Assembly (NCBI GenBank): GCA_030141605.1
Contig: JAQGDQ010000756.1
Location: 67,484-101,369 of the forward strand
DNA from: Tubiluchus corallicola
Lineage: Eukaryota > Animalia > Priapulida
DNA length: 33,886 bases
Direction of reading: 5' to 3'
Positions within the stretch are counted from its first letter, which is position 1; the number at the start of each line of letters is the position of its first letter. Below are positions 33,800 to 33,886 of the stretch, piece after piece. The notes below the pieces were generated by a model. The model was not told the origin of the DNA and did not search any database. It saw only the letters and a list, made by a program, of their open reading frames with translations. Both the position numbers and the translations under genes were made by a program.

Positions 33800-33886
33800 T
33801 CACAATCATTGTCATCCTTTGTTATCATCATCATCATCATCGTCATCATCATTATCATCACCATCAGCATCATCTTTGTCATCAGT
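33800..33886. repeat. (CAT)n degenerate microsatellite
   Basis: Direct inspection. Confidence 0.85.

Overview
This is eukaryotic (most likely invertebrate metazoan) genomic DNA, not prokaryotic. The real coding content is a + strand, intron-rich gene that the ORF track largely misses. Eight GT-AG exons (9349-9424, 21078-21178, 23061-23144, 24108-24234, 26219-26297, 29336-29366, 31798-31911, 33316-33512; 809 nt) have fully compatible splice phases. They give a short acidic N-terminus followed by two tandem PDZ domains that resemble, from memory, the PDZ10-PDZ11 pair of MPDZ/MUPP1 (also PATJ and LNX PDZ1-2). A near-perfect RFX X-box (9120-9133) and a perfect DR1 element (9189-9201) lie just upstream of the first exon. 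The gene may therefore start here and encode a compact, possibly cilia-associated PDZ scaffold. Roughly 40% of the window is tandem repeat (38, ~50, 29, 15, 48, 28, 20/21, 91, 42, 96 and 66 bp units plus microsatellites), and nearly all long ORFs in the track are artefacts of these arrays. The rest holds non-autonomous transposons: TTAA-flanked Kolobok-like families, two hAT-like MITEs with 8-bp TSDs and a solo LTR with a 5-bp TSD. Three insertions are nested, and their empty sites can be reconstructed from sister copies in the window. I see no CRISPR, rRNA, tRNA or autonomous transposase.
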